Of a DNA stretch of 64,000 nucleotides, positions 10,197 to 20,931 are shown in pieces. The notes under the pieces were generated by a model that was given only the letters and a program-made list of their open reading frames with translations, was not told the DNA's origin and ran no database searches. The translations under genes and the position numbers were made by a program. Origin of the DNA: Candidatus Iainarchaeum sp. GTDB taxonomy: Archaea > Iainarchaeota > Iainarchaeia > Iainarchaeales > JAGVWC01. The stretch lies in NCBI GenBank assembly GCA_018304465.1, contig JAGVWC010000009.1, forward strand, positions 32,001 through 96,000, given 5' to 3'. Each line of letters opens with the position of its first letter. The stretch's first letter is position 1.

Positions 10197-10931
10197 ATGA
10201 AGGAAAAAATATCCATTTCACTTGATTCCGGCACGATTGCGTCCCTGGATCAAAGTATTGATAATAAATTGATTCGAAATCGAAGCCAAGCCGTCGAATT
10301 CGTTTTGGCCCAATATTTTGATTCCAAAGCCCCGCTCAAAGCCGTGTTGCTGGGCGGCAAACTGGAAGAATCCGCCAAACTGTTGAATTTGAACAAGATT
10401 CTGGATGAATTGGCCCAAGCCGGCGTCACGGAACTCATTGTCGCGGGCGGAAAAGCAACGGAGCGGATTTTTTCGGAAATCCAAAAACATCCGTTTTATT
10501 CGAAAAAATGCATGTACTTGCGTGAAGACGCTCCGCTTGGAACCGCGGGCGCGGTAAAACTGGCGGCCAATTATTTGCAGCACGCGTTTATCGTCACGTA
10601 TTTGGACGTCGAATTTTCCATGGACTTGGCCAAGATGGTTGCGTTTCATAAAAAATCCCGCGGACCGGCCACCATGGCGGTCACGTATGTGGAAGGAAAC
10701 AACCTGACGGATTACATTCGGATTTCAGGGGAAAACATCAGCGAATTCGAATACAAATCCGGTCGCACCACCAAATTGCAGAACGCGGCCGTGTATGTAT
10801 TCGAGCCCTCGATTTTGGAAGAGTTGCCTTCAAAAGGCGGCTTGGAAAAAGAATTGTTTCCGCAATTGGCCAAAGAAGGAAAGCTTCGCGGATTCATGTT
10901 CGACACCAAATGGAAGCATCTTGAAAAATAA
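10197..10931 (+). CDS. Ribbon-helix-helix domain fused to degenerate nucleotidyltransferase domain
   Basis: N-terminal KISISLD...RNRSQAVE; C-terminal EDAPLGTAGAVK; lacks the GxGTRL/PK loop. Confidence 0.75.
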   Translation: MKEKISISLDSGTIASLDQSIDNKLIRNRSQAVEFVLAQYFDSKAPLKAVLLGGKLEESAKLLNLNKILDELAQAGVTELIVAGGKATERIFSEIQKHPFYSKKCMYLREDAPLGTAGAVKLAANYLQHAFIVTYLDVEFSMDLAKMVAFHKKSRGPATMAVTYVEGNNLTDYIRISGENISEFEYKSGRTTKLQNAAVYVFEPSILEELPSKGGLEKELFPQLAKEGKLRGFMFDTKWKHLEK

Positions 10932-10937
10932 CATCGA

Positions 10938-12029
10938 TTATTTTTTCTTGTGGCCGCGCGCCAATTCCGCTAAAACGGCTTCAAGCGTGATGCGAAGAAC
11001 CGGGGTCAAACGACCGCTGTTTTTTTGAATGAAATCCATAATTCCTTTTTTTGAGAATTTGATAATGGCAAAATAAGCCGCTTCGTCATCTTTTGGTTTG
11101 TTTCGAAGCTGATATTCGCCAGGTTTGGTTTCGATGAATGCCTCGCGGACAAAATCGTATGGGTCACTGGCCCGATATTCAATGGCGTAAACGAATTCCG
11201 CACTCGGATCCACTTTTTCCAGGCTTCGCGCAAAAGCGATTGGTTCGCCTTTTTTAATTGTGCGACGCGTGGTTTTCAATGTTCGAAGTCCGCGTCCAAG
11301 AAAGGAAAGATTCTTAGGCGAAAACCCGGTTTCTTCCGCGATTTCGTTCAAGGCGTGCCGCGCGGGAACGACGGGTTTTTTTCGGAATTTTTTCGAATCG
11401 CTTTCAACGGTTCCGCCGATGACGTGAAAAAAATGATCGTACAGACGCGTGTTTCCCCGATTCGGAATTACCAAAAACGTTTTTCCAATCGAAAGCAATC
11501 CAGACGCGCCAAGCAATTGGGAAAACGTTTTGGCATACCCGATTTTTCCGCGAGAGCGGTTTTCTTCTCGAAATAATTTTCGGACTTGGGTTTGCATCAT
11601 TCCCCGAAGCACATCTCGTGCGCGCAAGTTGTCGCCGTATGTTCCCGGGGCAAGGGTTACTCGCAAGGTTCCTTTTTTGGTAACGTCCATGCGATCAATG
11701 GTGTGTTTGGTCGTTGGATGCCGATCCGCGTAAGACCACGGGGCTTTTCCGCCGTTTTCACGTGTTTTTCGGGCAAGTAAATCATTTGCTTGTGTAATGA
11801 CTGCTTTTGCAGAGGGAGTTTTTTTTGTTTTTTGTTTATATGCGACTTTGGGCGAGTGAAAACCAATGCGGCCCACGGCGGATAGTTCACCGGGGTGTTC
11901 TGGCTTTTTTCGTTGTCGCACGATCAGGAGGTTTTGTTTGAGTTTTCGAACACGATAACCTGCAGCAGGCATAACAATAAGAGCATGCGCGGCATATTTA
12001 TCTTTTTCTGTTTTTTCGTACCGAATCAT
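10938..12029 (-). CDS. Highly basic protein with Nudix-like box
   Basis: HVIGGTVE...ARHALNEIAEETG. Confidence 0.55.
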   Translation of the reverse strand: MIRYEKTEKDKYAAHALIVMPAAGYRVRKLKQNLLIVRQRKKPEHPGELSAVGRIGFHSPKVAYKQKTKKTPSAKAVITQANDLLARKTRENGGKAPWSYADRHPTTKHTIDRMDVTKKGTLRVTLAPGTYGDNLRARDVLRGMMQTQVRKLFREENRSRGKIGYAKTFSQLLGASGLLSIGKTFLVIPNRGNTRLYDHFFHVIGGTVESDSKKFRKKPVVPARHALNEIAEETGFSPKNLSFLGRGLRTLKTTRRTIKKGEPIAFARSLEKVDPSAEFVYAIEYRASDPYDFVREAFIETKPGEYQLRNKPKDDEAAYFAIIKFSKKGIMDFIQKNSGRLTPVLRITLEAVLAELARGHKKK

Positions 12030-12060
12030 TAAAATAGTGTTTTTGAAGTAGTTTTCATGT

Positions 12061-13200
12061 ATGAAAGTCTTTGTCGTAGGTCCGATTTACCCTTTTCGCG
12101 GAGGAATTGCGCACTCGAACAGGATTCTTTGCGAAAACCTCCAGAAAAAGCATGACGTGACGGCGATTTCTTTTTCGCGCATGTATCCAAAAATCTTGTA
12201 CCCTGGGAAAGAGCAAAAAGAAGTCACGGAAGACGCTTCGTTTGCGGTGAAAACGGAGTACTTTCTGGATTCCATGAATCCACTGACGTGGTTTAAGGTC
12301 GCGGACCGGATCAAAAAAGAACAGCCGGACTGGGTGGTGTTTCAATGGTGGCACACGTTTTTTGCTCCCCTGTACTGGACGATTGCGAAATTTGGGAAAA
12401 ACCAAAAAACACGGTTTTCCGTGGTTTGTCAAAACGTGTTGCCGCACGAAGAAAGCAAAGTGCACGAGTCCTTGACGAAATTTTTTTTCGGAAAAGTGAA
12501 TTATTTTATCACATTATCCAGTTCGGATCTGCAAATTTTGAAAAAATTGTTGCCGTCGGCGAACGCGAACTGGATTACGGAATCAACGTACGAAACCCAG
12601 TTTGGCCAAAAGTCATCCAAAGCGGAGGCCAGGAAAAAGCTGGGTGTGAAAGGAAACGCGATTTTGTTTTTCGGGTTCGTGAGGCCGTATAAGGGATTGG
12701 AATTTTTGTTGCGGGCGATGCCTGAGCTTTTGAAGAAAAAACACGATTTGACCTTGATGATTGTAGGCGAGTTTTGGAATGATAAAAAAGAATATTTTAA
12801 TTTGATGGACGAATTAAAAATTAAGGATCATTTATTGATCGTTGACCGATATGTGGCCAACGATGAGGTTCCGACGTATTTTTCGGCCGCGGATGCCGTG
12901 GTATTACCTTATGTTTCTTCTACCGAATCAGGAATCATTCAATTGGCTTATGGACTAAACACGCCAGTGATCACAACGGCAGTCGGCGGAAATGTGGATC
13001 TGATTGAACATGAAAAAACCGGGCTGCTTTGCAGACCCAAAGACCCAGCCGATTTGGCCCAAACGGTTCTTTCGTTTTATCAAAAAGACCTTGAAGGCCC
13101 TATCAAAAAAGGAATGCGACAAAACGCTGACTTGTTTAGATGGACCTCGGAAAAAGAAAGCGTTTTTTTTAACCAAAAACAATCCAAAGGAAAGGAGTGA
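12061..13200 (+). CDS. GT4 glycosyltransferase
   Basis: FFGFVRPYKG, VVLPYVSSTESG. Confidence 0.92.
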   Translation: MKVFVVGPIYPFRGGIAHSNRILCENLQKKHDVTAISFSRMYPKILYPGKEQKEVTEDASFAVKTEYFLDSMNPLTWFKVADRIKKEQPDWVVFQWWHTFFAPLYWTIAKFGKNQKTRFSVVCQNVLPHEESKVHESLTKFFFGKVNYFITLSSSDLQILKKLLPSANANWITESTYETQFGQKSSKAEARKKLGVKGNAILFFGFVRPYKGLEFLLRAMPELLKKKHDLTLMIVGEFWNDKKEYFNLMDELKIKDHLLIVDRYVANDEVPTYFSAADAVVLPYVSSTESGIIQLAYGLNTPVITTAVGGNVDLIEHEKTGLLCRPKDPADLAQTVLSFYQKDLEGPIKKGMRQNADLFRWTSEKESVFFNQKQSKGKE

Positions 13201-13204
13201 AACC

Positions 13205-13441
13205 GTGTCACAAGAGTTGGAGATTGTAAAAGGGTTTAAATCCAAGTTTCTAGACTTTGTTCCGCCCGAAAAAAAAGAGCGGATAGAAAAAGAATTCGGA
13301 AAAGTTGTGGCGGGCATTCCACCCACAGAACTAGAAAAAATTTCAAAGTATATTTTGTTGTATAAAAACAGGGTAACAGATTCTGAACAGATTTATTTTT
13401 CAAAAAAATCTGCTGATTTGTTGAAACCATTTTTTCTTTGA
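13205..13441 (+). CDS. Small hypothetical protein (78 aa)
   Basis: GTG start after AAGGAGTGA SD-like sequence; fills the gap between two GT4 genes. Confidence 0.55.
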   Translation: MSQELEIVKGFKSKFLDFVPPEKKERIEKEFGKVVAGIPPTELEKISKYILLYKNRVTDSEQIYFSKKSADLLKPFFL

Positions 13442-13477
13442 AAAACATGCAAAAGAGTGAAATTGAGTTTGAAAAAA

Positions 13478-14563
13478 ATGAAAATTGCTTTGGTTTGTCC
13501 GCGAACGCCTCGAGAGAGTTTTGCCGGAATCGAAAACTTGGTGATTCAGGTTGGAAAAGGGTTAAATGCCCGTGGCGTCGACGTTTCCATTGTTACGACA
13601 GCGGAACATCCCAAACCATCCGTTTTTGAAGAAATTTCCGTCCAAGAGTTTCCGCGTTGGGCGCCCAGCGAAAATTATTTTCTTTCGCCGGAACTCGTAA
13701 AAGGTCTTGAAAAGGGAAAATGGGATATTATTCACTGTTTTGGATATAACAATCTTATTACGTTTATGGTGATGGCCAAAAAAAAGAAGGACCAGTGCTT
13801 GGTGGTGTCTCCGGCCAGTGCAGGTACCTCTTCTTTGTTTCGAAAAATGCTTTTATTTCCGTATCGACATTTGTTCAACTGGTACAGCAAAAACATTGAT
13901 GCGGTCGTTTTTTTGTCGGAATTTGAAAAAAATCTCTTTTTGAAAGATCTTCGAGTAAACCCAACGAATACATGGATAATCCCAATTGGAGTGGACCAAC
14001 GATTCATTGATTCGATTAAAGTCCAAAAAAAACATGAAATTGTTTCTGTTGGACGGCTTGTGAAAAACAAAGGGTTCGATCGATTATTACAGATTTTTGC
14101 GATTATTTCAAAAAAAGATCCAGGTCTTCGGCTTCGAATTATTGGAAAAGGAGTGGAACGAGTTACTTTGGAACACTTGGCTAAAGAACTTGGGATCCAA
14201 GACAAAGTGGATTTCATGGGCGAAATTCCGTTTTCGCGGCGAACAGAATTATTTACTTTTCTAAAACAAGCCAAAGCATTTGTTTTTCTGAGTAAGTATG
14301 AAAGCCAAGGAGTTGTTATTTCCGAAGCCATTGCATCTAAAACTCCGGCAATTATTTTTCCGAATTCGGCACAAAAAGAATTCATAGACCAGGGTTGGGC
14401 GGTTGGTGTTTCGGAAAATGATACAAACGAGAACATTGCAGAGAAAATTTTTGAAGTTGTTTCGAATCCCGATGAATTTGTTTCGAAAGAAAACCCTCCA
14501 AGTATCGAAGAGATTATTCAAAGGCATCAAGAGCTTTATGAAAAATTGAAGGAAAAAAAATAG
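13478..14563 (+). CDS. GT4 glycosyltransferase
   Basis: SVGRLVKNKG, LSKYESQGVVISEA. Confidence 0.9.
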   Translation: MKIALVCPRTPRESFAGIENLVIQVGKGLNARGVDVSIVTTAEHPKPSVFEEISVQEFPRWAPSENYFLSPELVKGLEKGKWDIIHCFGYNNLITFMVMAKKKKDQCLVVSPASAGTSSLFRKMLLFPYRHLFNWYSKNIDAVVFLSEFEKNLFLKDLRVNPTNTWIIPIGVDQRFIDSIKVQKKHEIVSVGRLVKNKGFDRLLQIFAIISKKDPGLRLRIIGKGVERVTLEHLAKELGIQDKVDFMGEIPFSRRTELFTFLKQAKAFVFLSKYESQGVVISEAIASKTPAIIFPNSAQKEFIDQGWAVGVSENDTNENIAEKIFEVVSNPDEFVSKENPPSIEEIIQRHQELYEKLKEKK

Positions 14564-14574
14564 TTGTCAATCGA

Positions 14575-16050
14575 TTAATTTTGAATCCATCGATAAATCG
14601 TAAGTGAATGCGGTGAAGTGGATTCAAATACTTTTTCTAGGTGCGGGGAATTTGCTTTGACAAAGTCAATGACTTGTTTGCGTTCTCGATCAATGGCATC
14701 TTGTCGTTCGGGAGCACCTGAAACAGTAGAATAACGTAGCACCATCACGTAGACAGGCCCCGAAAATTTATTGATTTCGTTTTGCGCATTCAAAAAAGGC
14801 GTGTCAATTCGAATGTATTTTCGATCCCCAAAAAAAGCTTTGGAAAAATAAATGCAATCATCACTCGAACCAACGGTCAGGGATCCTTCGGGAATCGTTT
14901 GTTTAATCGTATCCAAAACTGTTTGTCGTCCAAGAAGGGATTGTTGATGAACAATCGTTCCAATGACACTGCCCGCAAATAACCCAATGGTTAAGACCGC
15001 AAGTATTGCCGGAACAGATACATGAATTTTTTTACCCAGCCATTTGAGGGTTTCTTCGACGTGGTGGGCATATGGAATCATCAATAACCCAGCAACGGGA
15101 ATCAGATATCGCATTCGCCCCGTAATGGTTACTGGTGAAAAAAAATCGTAGGCATAGATATCCGTAGTGCGTGAAAACAGCCATAACACGACAAAAGTGG
15201 AAATCAATGCTTCCATCGCCAATGGTTTTTTTCGAAAAACAATTGGAAGCAAAACCATAAACGGATAGACAATTAATAAAATGGCGGTGAAAACCAAAAA
15301 GTTTGAAACAACGTGTGTATTTTCTTTGGCTAAGAAGTTTCCCGCCGAATACCCATACGGGGTTTGAAGTGGTCCTCCGTACATTAGCGTATTGAAACCC
15401 ATTACGAGTAGTCCAACAAGGAAAAAGCCAGCGATCATGGAAAGCAGCTTTTTTCGATCGGATAAAAGAGCGACCAATCCAAAACCTGAAAACAATAAAG
15501 CGGCATCGTTTCTAACAAACACAGCCAGACCGAAAACAAGCCCGGATAAAAACCAGTCTTTTGCGTTATTTCTTAGATACAATAAGGTTCCACCTAATGC
15601 AAAGGTGAGAACCAATAATTCTGGGAATAGTGTGCGACTCGCCCATAAAAATGCAGGAAAGAAAAGATAAAGTACAACTAATCGTTCATCGATTTTGAGT
15701 TTTCGTAAAATTAGCAAAAACAAAATTCCGTTCAACAAATGAATAACAAGCCCGCTGAGCATCAGCCCCATGATTCCGAATGGAACAAAGGGAATCAAGA
15801 CGACCGATTTTCCTAAAAAATAGGTGGAGAAATAATGTCCATTAACCATGGCCCCACCGCAAAAATCTACTGGATCAGAATCGAATAGTGATCCATTTAG
15901 CAGTAAATAGGCATTACGCGCGTATTCATGTTCGTCAATCGAAATCGGAAGCGGTGGAAAAAAAAAGGCAAACACCAAAGAGAAAAGCACAAATACGACT
16001 GGTACGAATATGCGCGGAGAACATAAGGACTCAAGAAAGTTGGTTTCCAT
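14575..16050 (-). CDS. Multi-TM GT-C-like glycosyltransferase
   Basis: IDEHEY acidic first loop, many TM helices, RYLIP motif. Confidence 0.65.
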   Translation of the reverse strand: METNFLESLCSPRIFVPVVFVLFSLVFAFFFPPLPISIDEHEYARNAYLLLNGSLFDSDPVDFCGGAMVNGHYFSTYFLGKSVVLIPFVPFGIMGLMLSGLVIHLLNGILFLLILRKLKIDERLVVLYLFFPAFLWASRTLFPELLVLTFALGGTLLYLRNNAKDWFLSGLVFGLAVFVRNDAALLFSGFGLVALLSDRKKLLSMIAGFFLVGLLVMGFNTLMYGGPLQTPYGYSAGNFLAKENTHVVSNFLVFTAILLIVYPFMVLLPIVFRKKPLAMEALISTFVVLWLFSRTTDIYAYDFFSPVTITGRMRYLIPVAGLLMIPYAHHVEETLKWLGKKIHVSVPAILAVLTIGLFAGSVIGTIVHQQSLLGRQTVLDTIKQTIPEGSLTVGSSDDCIYFSKAFFGDRKYIRIDTPFLNAQNEINKFSGPVYVMVLRYSTVSGAPERQDAIDRERKQVIDFVKANSPHLEKVFESTSPHSLTIYRWIQN

Positions 16051-16058
16051 GAAAAAAC

Positions 16059-17024
16059 CTATCGTTTTGATTTGGAATTGTTCTTTTCTAGTTGCATCTT
16101 TTTTTGACGGTACAATAAATCTTCAGTAATTTTGCGGTTATTTTTGATCATTTCCGCCACTAATCCCAAGGCCATAATTTGAGAACCGAACAGCAAAAAG
16201 GCAACAGACACTAATGCCAATGGAAAATGAGGCGTCACTTGTCCGGACTGCAGGAAATGAGAAAGAATGAATAGTCCTCCCGCAAGTCCGACAAGAAAAA
16301 TACTGCCTCCAATCGCTAAGAAGACGCGCAAAGGCTTGTAGTTTAAGTATCCCATAAGTAAAACCAGTGCCGATTGTTTGGCGTACCCAAAAAGGCTTGA
16401 AATCAAACGAGATTTTCCCGAACGCTTTCGAAAATCAATCGGGACTTCGACGACCTTGAAGCGATGATATGCTGCTTGAAGAATGGTTTCTTGAGTATAG
16501 GTGTAACGCGATAAAACCATGAGTCGTAACGCTGCTTCGCGCGAAAATGCCCGAAACCCCGTTTGACCATCGGTGATGGGTAAACCGGATACAATGGAAA
16601 CCGCTTTGGTGGCCAGAATGTTCCCGACGCGATTTGCCCACGGCATGTATTCGATGTGGCCTGCAAACCGCGACCCTAATACCAGATCAGCATTGTGTTC
16701 AAGAATCGGATTGACCAAAAGCGGAATTTGGGTTTGATTATATTGATTATCTGCATCCGTATTCACGATGATATCCGCGTTAAGATCAAATAACGCGGAT
16801 TCCAACCCGTCTCTAAAAGTTTGTGCCAATCCACGATTGTTCGAGTGGCGTAACAGGCGCGCACCGAAGGCTTTTGCAACCGCACTTGTTTTGTCGGCGG
16901 AACCGTCATCAATGACTAACACTTCGATTTCAGAAATACCCGGGATCGTTTTGGGGATTTCTTTAAGTACAAAAGGAAGCGAAGTTTCTTCATTAAAAGC
17001 GGGAATGATGATAACCAATTTCAT
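16059..17024 (-). CDS. GT2 polyprenol-phosphate glycosyltransferase (DPM-like)
   Basis: IPAFNEE, DDGS, TDADNQY, DGQTGFRAF; two C-terminal TM. Confidence 0.9.
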   Translation of the reverse strand: MKLVIIIPAFNEETSLPFVLKEIPKTIPGISEIEVLVIDDGSADKTSAVAKAFGARLLRHSNNRGLAQTFRDGLESALFDLNADIIVNTDADNQYNQTQIPLLVNPILEHNADLVLGSRFAGHIEYMPWANRVGNILATKAVSIVSGLPITDGQTGFRAFSREAALRLMVLSRYTYTQETILQAAYHRFKVVEVPIDFRKRSGKSRLISSLFGYAKQSALVLLMGYLNYKPLRVFLAIGGSIFLVGLAGGLFILSHFLQSGQVTPHFPLALVSVAFLLFGSQIMALGLVAEMIKNNRKITEDLLYRQKKMQLEKNNSKSKR

Positions 17025-17094
17025 ACGGATCGCTATAATGGGATGGTTCTTTTGGGTTTTATTTGTTTTGGTATCCTTACAGGTTTACCCTAGT

Positions 17095-18081
17095 TTAAAA
17101 AGAGGCAAAAACCTCCTTGAGTAAATACGAAAGGTTGGTGGCTCTCCGGACGAAAAAAAGGAAACCCACAAAAGCGGGTAAGATGGACGCGAGTGTCAAA
17201 TATAATAGTGAAAACGCGATGGCCTGATCGGCCGCTACGCTAAAAAAAGAAAATAAGACCAGAAAAAAAGTTTCCCGAGTCCCTAATCCTGAAATGGAAA
17301 TAGGCAATGCTTCAATAAGCGTCGCAAACGGAATGGCAATTACAAAAAACCAAAACGGAACATTGATTCCGATTGCCAAAGCAATAAAACCAGCCGAGAT
17401 AATGGCAAGTATCCAATTGAGACTTCCAAGAAGCATTGCAACAAATATTTTATTCTTTTTTTTTCGAAACACGTCCACATGGGAATAAAAAAAATCAAAC
17501 GCGCTTTTGGCTTTGGGTTTGATGACTTTTGGAACTAGTAGTTCAAAAAAAGGACGAAAAGTGGCAGCGGTTCGGTGCTTGTTTTTGAGAAAGAAAAAAG
17601 CGGCAACGATGCTCCAGCACAAAAGGACAATGAAAAAAGAAGCGGTCGGATCAAACCCGAAAAGAAATAATCCTCCAACTATTGCAAGACTTCCTGTGGC
17701 CACCAATAACAGGATATCCAATACGCGGTCGGCAAAAATGGAAAAAATCGTATGTCGGTAATCATGTTTTCCCAAAAAGAAAGCACGACCAAAATCCCCT
17801 ACCTTCGCCGGCGTTATCGCTCCGAGATAAAATCCGATGATAATAGCGCGGGCAAGATTCCAAAACCCAAATTTTTCTTCGAGTATCTCAAGAAGAATCT
17901 GCCATTTGATGGTTCGGATGACAATAGAGCAAACCAACAAGCCCAAAGAACCCATAATCCAGAAGTAATTGAGATTGGTTAAAACCACTGCGAGTTGTTT
18001 TAAATCCACGCGTAAAAGTACCGCAACAAACAGCACCAAACCGATTAAAGGAAGAAGTTGTTCAAACCAATTGATTTTCAT
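17095..18081 (-). CDS. UPF0104 flippase-like membrane protein
   Basis: TPAKVGD, PISISGLGTRE. Confidence 0.85.
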   Translation of the reverse strand: MKINWFEQLLPLIGLVLFVAVLLRVDLKQLAVVLTNLNYFWIMGSLGLLVCSIVIRTIKWQILLEILEEKFGFWNLARAIIIGFYLGAITPAKVGDFGRAFFLGKHDYRHTIFSIFADRVLDILLLVATGSLAIVGGLFLFGFDPTASFFIVLLCWSIVAAFFFLKNKHRTAATFRPFFELLVPKVIKPKAKSAFDFFYSHVDVFRKKKNKIFVAMLLGSLNWILAIISAGFIALAIGINVPFWFFVIAIPFATLIEALPISISGLGTRETFFLVLFSFFSVAADQAIAFSLLYLTLASILPAFVGFLFFVRRATNLSYLLKEVFASF

Positions 18082-19712
18082 GACGCATTCTCCGTTTTTT
18101 TGTATACTTCAAATCCATTGGATTCGAATACCTTGGGAAAAGGAAGGGAAGTTGGATAAAATCCCTTGGGAGCTACAATAAACTGGACATCCAAGTTTTG
18201 CAAGCAATCAATGCAATGGGTCTCGAGAATTCTTTTTTTCTCAAGACTTTTTTTGATTTCGAGTTCAAATAAAGGGTCTGTGGATCGCGATACCATCGAG
18301 ATGAAAAAACCATTCAGTACATCAAAAGGAATTTTATCCGAAAAAACCGCTAAAAGCGACGAATTAGGGGTTAGAAAAAGCGTTTTGGCACGTTCGGGAA
18401 ACTGTTCTTTGAATGAAAACGCAAAGGCCGCTTGTTCCCGGCTAATTTTGCTTCCTTCTCGCAACCGTGAAAGTTCATTAGAGTAAAAAAAGCTTCCAAG
18501 GATCAGCAGTAACAATAACATTGTAAGAGCCGGCTTAAACCACCGCCTCAGATCTAATCGATTCAAGAATAATCCCCCCAATACCACCGCGGCAAGGGAT
18601 GCAAGTTCGGCCAACTTGCTAATAACAGGAATGCCCGTGAATAAGACCAATAGCAATGAGAGAACCACGACGGCAAGTAAGAACCATTCAATGACCTGTA
18701 TTGGTTCTCTTTTTTTGAGGTAAAAAAAAATCGTGAATAACAGGATTACCAACGGAACCCACCCCAGTAACAAAACAGTGGATGAAATCGCTTCGAGCAA
18801 AGAATACTGTGTGATGGATGTTTCAATAGGAAGGATTTGTTCGTGATACACGACTTGGTTCCATCCCTGCTGGCCCATGGCCAAAAAAGTTCCAAATACA
18901 GGGATCGCTAAGAAAATCGCAAGCCCGATTTTTAACCAAGGGAGATTTGAAAACAGTTCTTTGCGAATAGATTGCCTAAAAAAGACGACCCCAAGTACTC
19001 CCAGGAATCCTAAAAAAAGGAGAGGAGAAAAGTGCAAGAGCAATGCCGTTGGAAAAAAAAGAAAAACCGCGTCACTTTTACTTAACCAGGCCCATACCAC
19101 GGCCAGAAAAAAAACAGTTCCGAAGATACCGGGAAATAGACCCAACAAAAACGATTGAAAAACAATTTTAGATCCACAAAAAAGAAGTGCCGCCCAAAAA
19201 CCGGTGTTTTCTGATTTGAAAAATTTTGAAACAACCAAAAAAACAAGAATGACTTCCAATGCTGCAAAAACCGCGCCTAAAAAATATAAGATGAACAAAT
19301 CAGGTACCATTGAAAAGAAATCCACAAAGGGTTTGGCAAACAAGGTGAACCCAAAAAAATAATACGCCTTGACAGGAGAATACGGAGCATACGTGGTTGG
19401 AATTTTTTCTTGGGTAATTCGTTGGTGAACAAAGTGCATTCCGTCCGTTGACCCTAAGTAACCAGGACCCGCAAACACCGAAAACAACACCAAAATGAAA
19501 ACCAACCCAGCGAATGCCCAAATGGGAATCGGAATGGATTGATTAAAGTCGGGTTCGATTTTCTTAAGTACAATGAATCCGAGAACGATTCCGATCAAAA
19601 CCGTGAGAATTGAGTTGAGAAAGAATTGTCCGCTCCAATAAGAGAAAACGACCATGATCGCCGTAAACACCAGAAAAAAAAGGAATATACGGGCCGGTAA
19701 GCCATTCGTCAT
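18078..19712 (-). CDS. Multi-TM membrane protein, probable GT-C fold
   Basis: More than 10 TM segments, STDGMHF loop; start MTNGLP inferred. Confidence 0.6.
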   Translation of the reverse strand: MTNGLPARIFLFFLVFTAIMVVFSYWSGQFFLNSILTVLIGIVLGFIVLKKIEPDFNQSIPIPIWAFAGLVFILVLFSVFAGPGYLGSTDGMHFVHQRITQEKIPTTYAPYSPVKAYYFFGFTLFAKPFVDFFSMVPDLFILYFLGAVFAALEVILVFLVVSKFFKSENTGFWAALLFCGSKIVFQSFLLGLFPGIFGTVFFLAVVWAWLSKSDAVFLFFPTALLLHFSPLLFLGFLGVLGVVFFRQSIRKELFSNLPWLKIGLAIFLAIPVFGTFLAMGQQGWNQVVYHEQILPIETSITQYSLLEAISSTVLLLGWVPLVILLFTIFFYLKKREPIQVIEWFLLAVVVLSLLLVLFTGIPVISKLAELASLAAVVLGGLFLNRLDLRRWFKPALTMLLLLLILGSFFYSNELSRLREGSKISREQAAFAFSFKEQFPERAKTLFLTPNSSLLAVFSDKIPFDVLNGFFISMVSRSTDPLFELEIKKSLEKKRILETHCIDCLQNLDVQFIVAPKGFYPTSLPFPKVFESNGFEVYKKTENAS

Positions 19713-19818
19713 ATCGATAAGTGTCTCTTCATCCTTTATAGTTTTTTTGGAACGAGACCGTACCACAGGATTTAAATTGGCCAAAAAACCATTTTAAATG
19801 TCAAAGAAAGGTTTTTTG

Positions 19819-20931
19819 ATGCGAATCCTGATTTTAAATTGGCGAGATATTCGACACCCGGAAAAAGGAGGCGCGGAAATTCTTACGTTTGAAATTGCCA
19901 AGCGGTTGGTAACCAAAGGCCATTCCGTGACATGGTTTTCACCGCGATTTAAGAATTCAAAGCCGGAGGAAGAAATCGAAGGAGTCCAGTTTGTTCGAGC
20001 CGGTGGAAAATACACCGTTTATTTCGTTGCGGCTTGGAAATATTGGCACAACCAACTTGGTTCCTTTGACATCGTTATTGATGAGATGAACGGGATTCCT
20101 TTTTTTTCGCCATTATACATTCGGGAGAAAAAGATCTTGATGCTGCATCACGTGGTTGGAAAGATTTGGCATGTCGAATTTCCATTTCCATTCAGTTCAT
20201 TTGGAGCGCTTTTTGAAAAAGCGGCATTGAAGTTGTACGCTCAAATCCCGGTAATCACCGAAGGAAAATCTACGTGCCGAGATTTAATCCGAATGGGCTT
20301 TCAAGACACTTCCACTATGACGGTTGGAACAGGAATTACTCGACCAAAGAAACCACTTCCAAAAAAAAATAATCAATTGGTGTTTGTGGGCCGAATGAAA
20401 AAAGCCAAGCAACCGGATCATGCCATTAGAGCCATTGGATTACTAAAAAATCGTTTTCCGGATCTTCAATTAAAGTTAATTGGAGGCGGAGACGAGAAGT
20501 ATATTGAAGAGATGAAACAACAAGTCAAAGATCTCGGGCTTGAAAAACAAATTTCATTTTTAGGTCATTTGGGTTTTGAGGAACGAAACCGAATCGTTTC
20601 CGAATCCATGGCAATTTTGGTTCCCTCCATAAAAGAGGGATGGGGTTTGATTGTAACAGAAGCTAATTGTGTTGGGACAATTGCGATTGGATACAATGTG
20701 AATGGATTGTGCGATGCAATTTCGGATGGCGAAAACGGTTTTTTGACTGAAAATAATCCAACGGCATTGGCTGAAAAGATTCGTTTTTTTTTAAGTCTTT
20801 CCACTGAAAAGAAATTGAAATATTCCCAAAAAGCCCTTTTTCATAGCCGTCGATTCGAGTGGAATACGGGCGCTGACGAAGTGGAAGCACTTTTGAAAAA
20901 AACATTAAAAAACACACTCTCGTTTAAATGA
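19819..20931 (+). CDS. GT4 glycosyltransferase
   Basis: LNWRDIRHPEKGGAE, PSIKEGWGLIVTEAN. Confidence 0.92.
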   Translation: MRILILNWRDIRHPEKGGAEILTFEIAKRLVTKGHSVTWFSPRFKNSKPEEEIEGVQFVRAGGKYTVYFVAAWKYWHNQLGSFDIVIDEMNGIPFFSPLYIREKKILMLHHVVGKIWHVEFPFPFSSFGALFEKAALKLYAQIPVITEGKSTCRDLIRMGFQDTSTMTVGTGITRPKKPLPKKNNQLVFVGRMKKAKQPDHAIRAIGLLKNRFPDLQLKLIGGGDEKYIEEMKQQVKDLGLEKQISFLGHLGFEERNRIVSESMAILVPSIKEGWGLIVTEANCVGTIAIGYNVNGLCDAISDGENGFLTENNPTALAEKIRFFLSLSTEKKLKYSQKALFHSRRFEWNTGADEVEALLKKTLKNTLSFK

